DNA from: Octopus sinensis
Taxonomy: Eukaryota
Assembly: GCF_006345805.1 (NCBI RefSeq)
Contig: NC_043018.1
Span: 23,250,001-23,314,000 of the forward strand
DNA: 64,000 nt
Reading direction: 5' to 3'
Made by a program: the position numbers and the translations under genes. Of the stretch, positions 51,473 through 63,702 are shown one piece after another. The notes under the pieces are model-generated. The model did no database searches and was not told where the DNA came from. It worked only from the letters and a program-made list of their open reading frames with translations. Position 1 is the first letter of the stretch; each line of letters begins with the position of its first letter.

Positions 51473-51841
51473 ATTAGGACAAAACTATCTGAAATAATTA
51501 AATACAACTCATTAAAGAGACCAACAGAATAAGGACCAGACTGCAAAAAAATAAATTACTGGGGTTAATTTGTTTGACTAAATTGTTGAAGGTGGTGCCC
51601 CAGCTTGGCTTCAGTCCACTGACTGAAACAAGTAAAAAATAAAAAGACAAGACACTATTGAAACAATATTAGTCATCGTCTAAATATTTCCATATCCCCT
51701 CCCTGTATAATTATTTACAATTAATTACTTTATTAACTATTTCGTGTTGATGGCATATCTATTATGACACACAAACCAAAGCACGAACGCCTGCTCTTCC
51801 ACACCCGTTCATTTATTCTTCCATCTCTCGTTCTTTTCCAG

Positions 51842-51920
51842 TTATTACAGCTACTATGTACGACCTTCAAGCTGGACCTGCCTTTCAGGCGGAAATCTTC
51901 AGCTTACGGAATTATAAAAG
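51842..51920 (+). CDS. SMG7: SMG7 exon (79 nt), LLQLLCTTFKLDLPFRRKSSAYGIIK(E)
   Basis: ttcttttccag acceptor, gtaaga donor; resembles human LLQELCTVFNVDLPCRVKSSQLGII. Confidence 0.95.
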
Positions 51921-52089
51921 GTAAGAATAAATCTTTGTAACACCAACTGTGTAAAGCCATGTGTGCTAAGGCTCAACAGCAATAGCTGTTGGGGCTTTGT
52001 CGGGGTTGGTTAATAAGAAATGGTGCAATGTTTTGTGAACAAAAATCTTATTAGCTACTAAATCTTATCTACTTTTTGGGGTTTTTTTT

Positions 52090-52888
52090 CATTCTACTTG
52101 TCTCTCTTTCTCTCTCTCTCTCATTCTTCCTCTCTACCCCATCTCATTCTTCCTCTCTACCCCATCTCATTCTTTCTCTCTGCCTCCTCTTTCTTTCTCT
52201 CTTTGTCCCCTCTCATTCTTTCTCTCTTTGCCCCCTTTCATTATATCTCTCTCTCCTGCCCCCTCTGTTTTTCTCTCTTTGCCCCTCTCATACTTTCTCT
52301 CTTTGTCCCTTCATTCTTTCTCTTCCTGCCCCTCTCTCATCTCTCTCTTTGCCTCCTTTCATTCTTTCTATCTGCCTCCTCTCATTTCTCTTTGCCCTCT
52401 CATTATCCCTCTCTCTCTGCCCCCTTATTCTCTCTCTCTATGTCCCCTCTCATTCTTTTTCTCTCTTTGCCCCCTCCCCCTCATTCTTTCTGTCTGCCCC
52501 CTTTCATTTCTCTCCCCCCCTCATTCTTTCTGTCTGCTCTCTCTCATTTCTCTTCCCCCCCTCATTCTTTCTGTCTGCTCCCTCTCATTTCTCTTTGCCC
52601 TCTCATTATCTCGCTCTCATTCTTCTCTCTCTCTCTCTCTCTCTCTGTCCCTCTCATTCTTTCTCTCTTTGCCCCTCTCATTATATCTCTCTCTCCTGCC
52701 CCCTCTGTTTTTCTCTCTTTGCCCCTCTCATACTTTCTCTCTTTGTCCCTTCATTCTTTCTCTTCCTGCCCCTCTCTCATCTCTCTCTTTGCCCCCTTTC
52801 ATTCTTTCTATCTGCCTCCTCTCATTTCTCTTTGCCCTCTCATTATCCCTCTCTCTCTGCCCCCTTATTCTCTCTCTCTCTGTCCCCT

Positions 52889-52925
<37 letters not shown>

Positions 52926-52970
52926 TCATTCTCTCTCTCTCTCTCTGCCCCTCTCATTCTTTCTCTTTAT
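52090..52970. repeat. Polypyrimidine minisatellite of about 0.9 kb with an internal duplication of about 235 bp
   Basis: ccctctcattctttct units; block at about 52205-52440 repeated at about 52648-52880. Confidence 0.95.
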
Positions 52971-53760
52971 CAGCTGGCTGCCCTTCTTACTGCCAACCAC
53001 TTTACAGTGTGTACCCAGAGCTTTACTCATGCAGTTTGCAAGTCTCAAAACCAGGGGGTGGGGAATGGGGAGAGTCTTTATATTACCAGATGAGGGTTAA
53101 GGTATAAGGGAACTGGGTGGGACAGAGCAGGTTCTTGTAGGGGAGCTAAATGACTCCTTACATTTAAGGAGGAGGAAGGAATCGTTCATAGCCGCTATGT
53201 CCAGTTGGTACCTTGAGGTGTGAGGCTAGTAAGAGTGGGGACAACGAAACTCTGTGGGTGGGGGATTACAAGAGTGTATGGGGATGGGGTGGATGAAAGA
53301 GGAGAGGAAAGGGTAACATCTGTAAGAACTGGGTGGGGTTAAAGGGTGGATATGGGGATGAGAATTGTCAAGGGTGTCTGAAATTGGAGATAGAGGGGTA
53401 CAATAAGCAAGCAGTAATAGGATAGGTGGGGGTGGGGGTGGGGATACAAGATGGAGATGATGTGTTTGAGTAGGGAACAGTTGAGGAAGAGAGAGGAAGC
53501 CGGGTGAAGTGCATAAAGGGAGAATTCAATGGTCCTGTGTAGGGATGGAAGAAATCAGTGTCTTGTATGGATGTAGAGAATAATATCAATGGATGAGAAA
53601 ATGTAGAATCAGCAGGCAGAGTAGTGCAGTGGGAGTGATACATGTGTACACCCGGCAGTGTATGGAATGTTTTAGTTTTCATATTGTATTTGGTATAATC
53701 TTTTAATTTATGAAAATAATCTTAATCCAATTTTTTTTTTTTTTCTTTCCTATCTTGAAG

Positions 53761-53853
53761 AGAAAAATCCTTTAAAAGCGAAAATCACTCCTCCCAAAAA
53801 GAACTCCTGTTTCTACATCTGTCAGCATTGCCTTGTTCATTTGGGAGATATCG
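53761..53853 (+). CDS. SMG7: SMG7 exon (93 nt), KNPLKAKITPPKKNSCFYICQHCLVHLGDI(A)
   Basis: long T tract then ttgaag acceptor, gtaagt donor; YICQHCLVHLGDI is the SMG7/EST1 motif. Confidence 0.97.
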
Positions 53854-54179
53854 GTAAGTACAGTCACAGCATTACACATAATACCTGTAGAACGGCCCAT
53901 GGTGCTGTTGCTTTAACCCTTTCGTTACCAACCCGGCCAAAACTGGCTCTGACACTGTAGTACAAATGTCTTGTTTTCATAAGTTTTTCATTAAAATCTT
54001 CCACCAAACCTTAGTTGCAATTTATGTTCTTAACACTAGCTTAATGATAATTGAATTATTTTACTAAATTCTTTGTTGATGATGATGATTTAAAATAATT
54101 GAAAGAAACACAGAGCATCTCAAAATAAATACAGTAACGAAAGGATTAAATTGTCTTTCAGAAATAATGTATTAGTATC

Positions 54180-55480
54180 AATGTAATTGATTAAACCTTT
54201 CCCCAAATTTCAAGCCTTGTGCCTCCATTAGAAAGTTCAAATGCTGCCTTTCATCCTTCCAGGGTCAATGAAATAAGTACCAGTTATGCACTAGGGTTGA
54301 TGTAACCGATCAGCCTTCTCCATCAAAATTTCATGCCATGTGTCGATAATAGAAAGGAATGAAGCTGGCAGAATCATTAGCATGCTGGACGGAATGCTTA
54401 GCGTTATTTCTTCTGTCTTCATGCTCTAAGTTCAAATTCTGGCGGGGTTGGCTTTGCCTTTCATCCTTTCGGAGTTGATGAAATAAGCACCAGTTATGCA
54501 CTGGGGTTGATGTAATCGACTATACCCTCTCCCCTACAATTTCAGGTCTTGTGCCTACAACAGAAAGGATTATTATTATTATTATCATTATTATTAAGGC
54601 AGCGAGATGGCAGAATCATTAGCACACTGAGTGAAATGCTTAGCAGTATTTTGTCTGATGCTACGTTCTGAGTTCAAATTCCGCCAAAGTCAACTTTGCT
54701 TTTCATCCTTTCGGGGTCAATAAATTAAGTACCAGTGAAACACTGGGGTCGATGTAATCAATTATCACCCTCCCTCAAATTTCAGGCCTTGTGCCTTTAG
54801 TGGAAAGGATTATTATAATTAAGGGCTGATGAGCTGATAGAATTGTGAACACATCACACAAAATGCTTAGAGGAATTTTTTCTGTCTTTACGTTCTGAGT
54901 TCAAATGCCACTGAGCTCAACTTTGCCACTCATCATTTGGGGTTTGGCAAAATAAATACCACTTGTACGTTTGGGTCAACGTAATCAACTGCCCTCTCCT
55001 CCAAAATTTCCTTGCTTGTACTTGTAGAAATTTTAAAGGCGGCGAGCTGGCAGAATCGTTAGCATGCCTGGCAAAATGCTTAACAGTATTTCGCTCATTG
55101 CTACATTCTGAGTTCAAACTCCACAGAGGTTGACTTTGCCTTTCATCCTTTTGGAGTCGATAAATTAAATACCAGTTGTGTACTGGGATTGATCAAATCA
55201 ACTGGTCCCCTCCCCTCACTAAATTTCAGACCTTGTGCCTATAGAAGAAAAAGATTATTATTATTATTATTAAGGGGATAAGTTGGCAAAATGCTTAGTG
55301 GTATTTTGTCTGCTGCTATGTTCTGAGTTCAAATTTCGCTGAGGTTGACTTTGCCTTTCATCCTTTCGGAGTCGATAAAATAAGTACCAGTTGAACACTG
55401 GGGGGGTTGATATAATCGACTTACCCCCTTTCCCAAAATTGCTGCCCTTGTGGCAAAAATTTGAAACCATTGTTATTATT
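54180..55480 (+). mobile_element. Head-to-tail array of about six older Meta-type SINEs
   Basis: Repeated gcagaatc..ttagc heads, gcctttcatcc..gataaa domain and (att)n tails, all in one orientation. Confidence 0.85.
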
Positions 55481-56042
55481 ATTATTATTATTGAGTGAGA
55501 GAGCAGTTCATGCCATCAAAGTGACGGGTAAAATATACGAAGCCCAATATACCCATCATGACTACCCGTCTGATAAGGGTACACCAGGCACATGCATCAC
55601 AACCATATGTGCGCGACATGGTGATCTCATATCAAGATAAACAGCATATGACCTTGCAGGTGGGGCCCAGTTAGAATTTTCTTCAGGTCGAGTAGCCCAT
55701 CCCGCTCAAACGGTCCCTGAATAAGGGTTGTTTAAGGACGTTGAAAGAACCACCCATGTTTCCAGAGGTGAATTATTCAAACCCCAAAGAATCCCTCTCA
55801 ACACATGGCTATGTTGCTCCCCCACTACTTCTGCTCGTGATCAGAGATGCACATATCGTCAGCCACTAAGGGACATGCTCAACTGGTTAAGGTCAAGCAA
55901 CTGACTAGCAAATCTGTGGTATTGAGCAGAATATTTGCTGCAGCCCATCTTTTATACCAAGACAAAACAATTTACATGATAACAGTTCCAATCAGTTAAG
56001 ATCAGAAGGCATGAGAGCCACTGCCTGGTACTGCATCAGGAC

Positions 56043-56079
<37 letters not shown>

Positions 56080-56205
56080 CATTATTATTGTGTTCATCAT
56101 TCTGTTGAGATTGTTGATGGCAGACCTTGTTTAGAATTGTTTTGTTTATATTGATTATGTGTTCAGTTTTATTGAATCATAATTGAAATGTCGTTATCGT
56201 TGTAG

Positions 56206-56277
56206 CTCGTTACCGCCAAGAAGTGGATCAAGCACAAACATATTACTGGCATGCTGCTAATTTAGTACCATCAAATG
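56206..56277 (+). CDS. SMG7: SMG7 exon (72 nt), RYRQEVDQAQTYYWHAANLVPSN(G)
   Basis: gttgtag acceptor, gtaagt donor; completes the GDIARY motif containing the Arg equivalent to human R163. Confidence 0.97.
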
Positions 56278-56344
56278 GTAAGTTAAAGAAGGGTTGACTG
56301 TATATCTAACAACAGTACACTGTCTTTGTATTTTTAACTCTACA

Positions 56345-56382
<38 letters not shown>

Positions 56383-56643
56383 ATCTGTGCGTGTAGGTCT
56401 ATTAAACTTCAAAGTTTAATTTTATTTGTAAAAGTTCAATAAATGTATAATCTGCTAGACATGTTAAATAATCTTTAACATTAATGTTAAATGGTTACTG
56501 TATGTAAACTGATATTTAAGCAATGTGTTCCAGGTTCAGTTCCACTGCGTGGCACCTTGGGCAAGTGCCTTCTACTATGGCCTTGGGCTGACCAAAGCCT
56601 TTTGAGTGGATTTGGTAGACAGAAACTGAAAGAAGCCCATTGG

Positions 56644-56675
<32 letters not shown>

Positions 56676-56682
<7 letters not shown>

Positions 56683-56839
56683 TATTAGAGACAAAACCAC
56701 TATTTTGCAAAACAAACAAGGAAAGACTTAATCAATACATAAAATTTTATTTTTTGACTATTTATTAAAATTTTATGTATTGATTAAGTCTTTCCTTGTT
56801 TGTTTTGCAAAATAGTGGTTTTGTCTCTAATAATATTTT
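56676..56839. repeat. Perfect inverted repeat (arms of about 74 bp) inside the microsatellite of a family A SINE (about 56510-57140)
   Basis: aaaatattattagagac...cataaaatttta / taaaattttatg...gtctctaataatatttt. Confidence 0.95.
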
Positions 56840-57815
56840 ATAATATTTTACTATAAAATTGGATTTAATCCTAAATCTGATTTTCTCCCTGTAAATTTGG
56901 ATTTATTCCCTAATATTTATTATTATATATATATATATATATTTGTGTGTCTGTGCTTGTCCCCAACATCACTTGACAACTAATGTTGGTGATTTTATGT
57001 CCCTGTAACTTAGCGAATCAGCAATAGAGACTGATAGAATAAGTACTAGGCTTGCAAAGAAGTCATCCTGGGGGCGATTTCTTTGACTAAAGGCAGTGTT
57101 CCAGCATGGCCGCAGTCAAATGACTGAAAAGAATAAAAGAATATATGTATATGTGTGTGAACCTTACAAATAAGACAAGGGACTGAGATATGTGGTGCAT
57201 TACTGTATTCAAGAAGACCCACCCACCACAATAGAATGGAGACCCTAAAACCATTGGGCCATGTAAAAAGAACCACTTTGTGGAGTGGCTGGCATTAGGA
57301 AAGGCATCCAACTGTTGAAATCAAGCCAAAACAGACTATAGAACTTGGTGTGGCCCCAGGCCTTGCCAGCCAAGTCAGACCATCTGACCCATGCCAGCAT
57401 GGAAAACACACACACACACACACTGTATTGCCTCGTATTTATTTATATGTTAATCTTGACATCCCTGCTGCAGAGAGTTCCGCCTAGCAAATTACTTTAT
57501 TTGCTAATTTAGAGTTCGAAACCATGGTCCAAGAGAAAGATGGAAAATGTTTTTATTTTTCATTCCCTTCAAAATTTATCCCTAATAGGGGTTTGGATTT
57601 TGGCTGCTCCTTCTAGCGTGCTAGGTGTCCTATGATGGTCACCTCATATGTGTTTAAATGTACAGTGTATTTATACGAATAATATATAGTCTATTGACTA
57701 GTTTTCTACATGCTAGGTCACTGGTAGTAAAAATTTGTAAAATTTTTCCCTACCCTGATATTTATATATATATAATATAAATATATGCATATATACATAC
57801 ATATATGTACATACC

Positions 57816-57846
<31 letters not shown>

Positions 57847-58758
57847 TATATATATACACACATGCATATATGGGTACAGGTCATCAAAAAAACCTTGAAC
57901 ATAATGAGAAAGGAAAACATCAAAACAAAAACATAGAAACGAACTTTTTGGGGAACATTGGAAAAAACAAACAGAGAAATGAGACATGCAACAAAAAGAA
58001 TATTCCCCTTCTTCAGTTGTCCCTGTTTCATCTACTCCGCATTTCGAAGGCAAGGACAATATATAATATATATATATATATATATATAAGAAATTAAAAA
58101 AGGAAAATATGCACACTTACATAGTTTTAATATAATTTTTAATATATCGACTGGTTTCGCTATCGCTATTCATGATCATGAATAATCGTGGGGATAATCG
58201 AAATTCCTCTTTTCTGTTACTACTACTATTTATATATATGTATATGCATGAAGCCATAGAAACCATGCCAAATCAGATTGGAATCTGGTGCAGCCACTTG
58301 GCTTACCAGCTTTGGTCAAACTGTCCAACCCATGCGAGCATGGACAGTGGACATTAAATGATGATGATGATAGTGAGGGTGCATGGTCTAATGGTCTGGG
58401 TGTTGTGCTCATGAAAGCAAGATTGCAGAGTGGTGCGTTCTTGAGCAGAACACTTCACCTTCTATTGCTCTGTGCTCGCTTCAACACTTGATGTGTGGTG
58501 CACTGTGCACCTGTTGAGGAGACGTCAATTTGAAGGAGAGAGTGAGCTACTATGCTGCAGAAACATTTGATCACTATAAACAAAATGTCATCAGTGCAGG
58601 TTGTTCAGCATGAAATTGCAGGACCCTCATCTGTTGTTTTTTTTTTTTTTTTGTCTTTTTTTATAGGAGAATCCAACATGTGTGTTTGGGGTGTATGTAG
58701 AGAAGCATTTATACAGGAAGACATAAACCAATTTTGTTTCTGTTGATTCAATTTTCAG

Positions 58759-58912
58759 GTCAACCCTACAACCAGCTGGCCATACTTGAGGCAGCCCGTG
58801 GTAACAAGCTGACCACAGTGTTTTATTACATCCGCAGTTTAGCAGTGAGGCATCCCTTCCCTGTGGCTGCTACCAACCTTGAGAAGTTCTACAGCAAACT
58901 TGCCAAAGACTC
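58759..58912 (+). CDS. SMG7: SMG7 exon (154 nt), QPYNQLAILEAARGNKLTTVFYYIRSLAVRHPFPVAATNLEKFYSKLAKD(S)
   Basis: attttcag acceptor, gtatgt donor; GQPYNQLA...FYY.RS.AV..PFP.A.TNL EST1-family motif; visible in track ORF 58734-59150. Confidence 0.98.
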
Positions 58913-58984
58913 GTATGTTTCACTTCTAAGTAACCTTTGCCCTCTTTTATCTTCTGCTCTCTCTATATATAATATATATGTATG

Positions 58985-59026
<42 letters not shown>

Positions 59027-59117
59027 TTCAAAATTCATTCAAAATGTGACCACGTGTGTACCATTGGCGATTTTTTCCCCCTCCACCTTCCCTTCCTTGG
59101 ATCTTTCCTTTTCCTAT

Positions 59118-59151
59118 GTTTCTGACAAAGAGCTCCACTCGAAACGTTAAA
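59118..59151 (+). ncRNA. Degenerate minimal hammerhead-like motif in a Penelope-like repeat end
   Basis: gttt-CTGACAA-a-gagc(tcc)actc-GAAACGTT-aaa; G8 and one stem II base changed in a CpG-decay pattern. Confidence 0.5.
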
Positions 59152-59609
59152 TCCGCCTTCTTTCTTTCCTTTCCTGAGTGTCCAATAACACTATATTTGT
59201 TCCACGTCATCGTGTTGTGTTTTCTTGTTTGGATTAACTTTATTGATATATATATATATATATATATATATAGGTTAATATTCTCCAAAGCACGTCTCCC
59301 TTCTCCTCGAAATTATCACCCATGCAAGGGTCATTACTAATTTCTTAGGTTCTTATGTGACATTTGGCTACCCTGGTAACTGTTCCTCTGGAATTTTCCT
59401 TGTAAATTAAACACACACACACACTTTCCTCACCTTTCATAACCTGTTGTATTTGTCTTGCCCGACCCACATCTTGGCATGAATGCTAAAATGTTGAACA
59501 AAATGCTTCTGTGGCATTTAATAGCACTCTGTTTTGATATTGAATCTTGCTTGGGCTGGCTTTACAATTCCTTCTTTTGAGGTCAATAAAGTAAAGTACC
59601 AGCAAGTAG

Positions 59610-59965
59610 TTTTCAAACTCCACCCGTCTAACACCCGTGGACATGTTTACAAAGTCAGAAAACAGCACAGCTCCCATGACTTTAGGAAACATTTTTTCAC
59701 GCTGAGAGTTGCTGAAGCATGGAACAAACTGCTGGCATCAGTTGTTAGTTGTTGGAGCACTGCATCCTTCAAAACTTCCATGCTTTCTGAGATTCGCCAA
59801 CACTACACCTGATTTTCTCCCCTCCATACACACACAAACATGTATGTGGCTCATACATTGTTCGCTTTCCAGACATTTGTACATTACTGCATATACTTTA
59901 TATGCACTCTCTGACAAGTTGTGGTGCACCTGAGCACTGTATACAATAATTTCATTATTATTATT
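59610..59965 (+). mobile_element. CR1-type LINE 3' fragment, same family as 20420-21348
   Basis: SNTRGHVYKVRKQHSSHDFRKHFFTLRVAEAWNKL and the same 3' UTR ending in (att)n. Confidence 0.92.
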
Positions 59966-60934
59966 ATAATAGACTGACATTTACACAGTGATCTTGCAGA
60001 ATTGTTGGCTATCAGACAAAATGCTTAGCAGCATTTCTTCAAGCTCAGGGGTTCCCGACCCCCTGCGGGGGATCCCGAAGCCTTGGCAGGGAGGTCTCGT
60101 AGCCTTGCTAGAGGTGGCTTGGGATAATATTAATTTCATAAAATGTAAATCAAGCTGCTGATAGTAAGTGGGGCTCATGAGGGTTTCAAGCTTTTGCATA
60201 AGGGACCACGAGTGCAAAAATGTTTGGGACTGTTGTTCTAGCTGTTTATATTATGAGGTCAACTTTGCCTTTCAGCCTTTCCAGGTGATAAAATAAGTGC
60301 TAGTTGAATAATGAGGTTGATGCAATTGACTTGCTGGCCTTCTACTAAAATTAGAAACAGTTGTTATGGCGGCAGAATTGGTAAACCAGTGGACAGACTG
60401 CCTTGTGGTACTTAGTTACGTTTAGTTACCTCCTTGATTTTGTTCTGTGTTCAAATCCTGTTGATGATTACCTTCACCTTTCAATTTTCCAGAGTTCATA
60501 AAATCAGTACCAGTTATATCCTAGGTCAATCTAATCAGTTGTCTCCATATCTTTAAATGTGGTGCTTCGTTTTGATTGGAAGAATCATTATAGTATTTGA
60601 CAAAATGTTTTGCATTGTTTGTTCTTACTGTCTACTTTCTGAGTTCAAATCCTACCAATGTTAACTGTGCTTTCATTCTTCTGGGCTCCACAAAATAAAT
60701 TACAACCCTACAACAAGGGTCAGTTTATATCCACCCTGTATACCCATCGACTTCTTTCTGACACTCCCCGAGTGTATACCCTTCAACATCATTATTAGCC
60801 CTCTGTAATATTTTATACCACTCCCTTTTTGTATACCTTCCACTATCATTGTTATCCCTTTTTTTTTTACTTTGCCTTGACATTCTCTTTTTATACCCAC
60901 CTTCATTGTTGTTATCCCATCTCATCTGTTACAG

Positions 60935-61017
60935 GACTGACTTCAAAGGCAAGCTGTCGATGAGTGAGCTTATTGCGGCCTTTCTCCAGTTCCACGCCCT
61001 CATACACCTCAAAGCTG
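60935..61017 (+). CDS. SMG7: SMG7 exon (83 nt), TDFKGKLSMSELIAAFLQFHALIHLKA
   Basis: ctgttacag acceptor, gtagga donor; phase 2-1 continues the frame; resembles human WGVSDFIKAFIKFHGHVYL. Confidence 0.9.
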
Positions 61018-61049
61018 GTAGGATGCAAATTTGTTTTTATATTCCTTAA

Positions 61050-62135
61050 CCCTTTCGTTACTATATTTCTGACCAAATTACACCCCTTATGTGTTTCAAT
61101 TAATTTCTAACGTAATCATAAATTTAGTCTGGTTTCATTAAACAACTATAACTTTTTTATTTATCGATATATCAATCTGATTTTTGGAAGATAATTTAAT
61201 GAAATATTCTCAACCAATTCTATACTATAATTTTTGTTACAAAGTGACTCTAATTGCAGGTAGATACAGGTAAATTCCACAAAATATAAAATTATTAAAA
61301 TTTTGTTCAAACATCGCTATAGAAAATGGGTTATTAGCTAATATTCAATTGGGTATACAACAAAATTTTACGATAGAATTTGTTATTCTGGGTAACTTTC
61401 TGATACCCATAATAATATTTACGGCAAAATAGTCTTAATTTCATTTAAGGTTGAGGGAAACCACAAACTATCGTTTCTTTTGCTTTGTTTACGTTTAGCG
61501 TAACGGTTCATCTCCGCTGTAATGATTTCAAATAGGCTCATTCGAAAAAGTAAATAGAAATAGTCTAAGGCTTTACTCTTCTGGGAAAGTCTGTGGCTTG
61601 GTCCAGTTTCTTCAGAGAAATCACCGAAAGAAACAGTTTTTAAATTTTCACTCCATTCAGGTGCCAATTCGTTTTCTTTATCGCTATCGGAGATCTCAGA
61701 TTCACTGTTTTCACTTTCGGAAAATGAAACATCAGATTCATTATCAAATACCACATGCTTTTTTTTTTCAGTCATAGAGTTAGATTTATGAAGGTCTTCA
61801 GTAGAAAATCCTTCGAATTCTGACTCGCTGCTTGATATAATGAAATTCGTATCCATTTTTTGTCAGAATTACAAATTTTGAAAACACAATAGGAACAAAT
61901 TTCGGAAAAAAATCTCCCAAAATTCAAGGAATTAAAATTACACTTCGATTATTGTACAAAACTGTAGTTGAACTGTTTACGAAGTATAATACGTGTTTTC
62001 ACGAATGTACTGAAGAGATTTGCTCTGATATTATCATTTAAATATGAATAGGTAAATTCGGGCGGCTTTGGGCGGTTTGGTTTCATAAACCAAAATTTTG
62101 TTCGGGCGGCTTTGGGCGGTTTGGTAACGAAAGGG
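61050..62135 (-). mobile_element. Internally deleted piggyBac transposon with transposase N-terminal remnant (ORF 61419-61856)
   Basis: TTAA TSDs; 12-bp TIR CCCTTTCGTTAC; acidic N-terminus then W..F..GP..LDYF.L..I..EMNRYA..W..T..EIK; 25-bp subterminal direct repeats at 62057 and 62101. Confidence 0.92.
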
Positions 62136-63029
62136 TTAATACTTTTATATTCCTAAATAATCTACAAGGAAAGAGAAGTGGGTAGATAATTATGTAAGAT
62201 TAGTAGGGTTAAGTAAGATAATTGATTCATTGCTTAATTAATGTTTGGAACATAATTGAACAAAAGGCATGTGTTAGTATGTTAGAATGGTGTTTGGAAC
62301 ATAGCAAAAGACAAATATATATATTGTTGCATAAAGATAGTGTTTGGCCCATAGCTTATCAAAAGACATTGTTTATATTAAGATGGTGTTTGGAAGATAA
62401 TGAGACCCTTATATATTAACATATTAAAACAGTGTTTGAAACAGGACAAATATATATTGGTACAAGATGACGGTATTTGGAAGAATCAAAATCGAAATCA
62501 ATCAACATCAATGGAAATTGTAGCTGTGATTACCAGTGCCGGTGGCACGTAAGAGAACCATCCGAATGTGACCATTGCCAGCGCCACCCCAACTGGCCTC
62601 CGTGCCGGTGGCACGTAAAAAGCACCATCCAATCGTGACCATTGCCAGCCTCGTCTGGCCTTCGTGCCGGTGGCACGTAAAAAGCACCATCTGATCGTGG
62701 TCGTTTGCCAGCCTCGTCTGGCACATAAAAAGCACCCAATACACTCACGGAATGGTTAGCGTTAGGAAGGGCACAATTCATTTTGTGCCCCATTTCTTTT
62801 AACCCTTTAACATTGAGATTATTCTGAAAAATGTAATGCTTTGTCATCCACATCGTTTTTAATTAATCTTGAATTATTTTGTTGCTTTGAAAATTACAAT
62901 GATGTGATTGTGTATTTTATAATGGCATTGCCGGGTAAGATGTGATAGGCAGGATCTGGCTGGCAAGAACATAAAGCTGGTAGCATATTAGGGCCAGATA
63001 TGGCTGGTTTAAACACTAAAGGGTCAATT

Positions 63030-63212
63030 CTCATTTTTCATCAACAGTTCCGACAAATCGGTCAAGGCATTGACAATGCTAGCAGAATGTTGGCAAGAAG
63101 TCACGGACAACGAAGGAGAATGTATTATTGACTGTGTTAAAATTGTTGATGAAAAATAAGGATTAAAATAATGGGAGAAAAGAAAAGAACGAATTTCTCT
63201 GACAGCCCTGTA
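63030..63212 (+). mobile_element. mariner 3' fragment
   Basis: AECWQEVTDNEGECIID resembles the mariner C-terminus; ends cagccctgta. Confidence 0.65.
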
Positions 63213-63597
63213 CATAACAAGGCTGGTCTATATAGCGTATGTGTATGTATAATGTGCAGATCTACATATTCTAATCTTTGTAGAAATGGTGTATCAGAGA
63301 CAAAATATTTGATAGGATTAAAGTACTAGATAACTGACATAATCATAATTTCACATTCATGATCAAGGTAGATAACTCTGCTTGATCTCAAATATAAACC
63401 AACGCGAGAAGTCTTAACGTTGTGCATGTAATCTAGACATATGTATACTATGTGCACATAGATATGTGATTACTATATATATATGTGTGTGTATGTGCAT
63501 GTATATAATAAATATATATATATATATATATATAGTTGAAAAAAGATTAGAGATCTATACAAATGAAATTTTTACATATAAAAGATGGATACAGTTC

Positions 63598-63667
63598 TTT
63601 GACGGATATTTGTCCTCGTCTTGTTTGTTGTTAACCCCAAGATTCCGAGTTCGTTTCCAGGCAGTGA

Positions 63668-63702
<35 letters not shown>

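Noticed and set aside
52076-53107. Longest ORFs in the track (343, 331 and 290 aa)
   Set aside because: Three overlapping frames over a CT minisatellite that cannot contain stops; S/L/P/F-only composition
58759-58912. Assignment to SMG6 or SMG5 rather than SMG7
   Set aside because: The EST1 domain starts at the extreme N-terminus, and DLEYALDKKVEQDLWNHAFKNQI and YICQHCLVHLGDIARY follow SMG7
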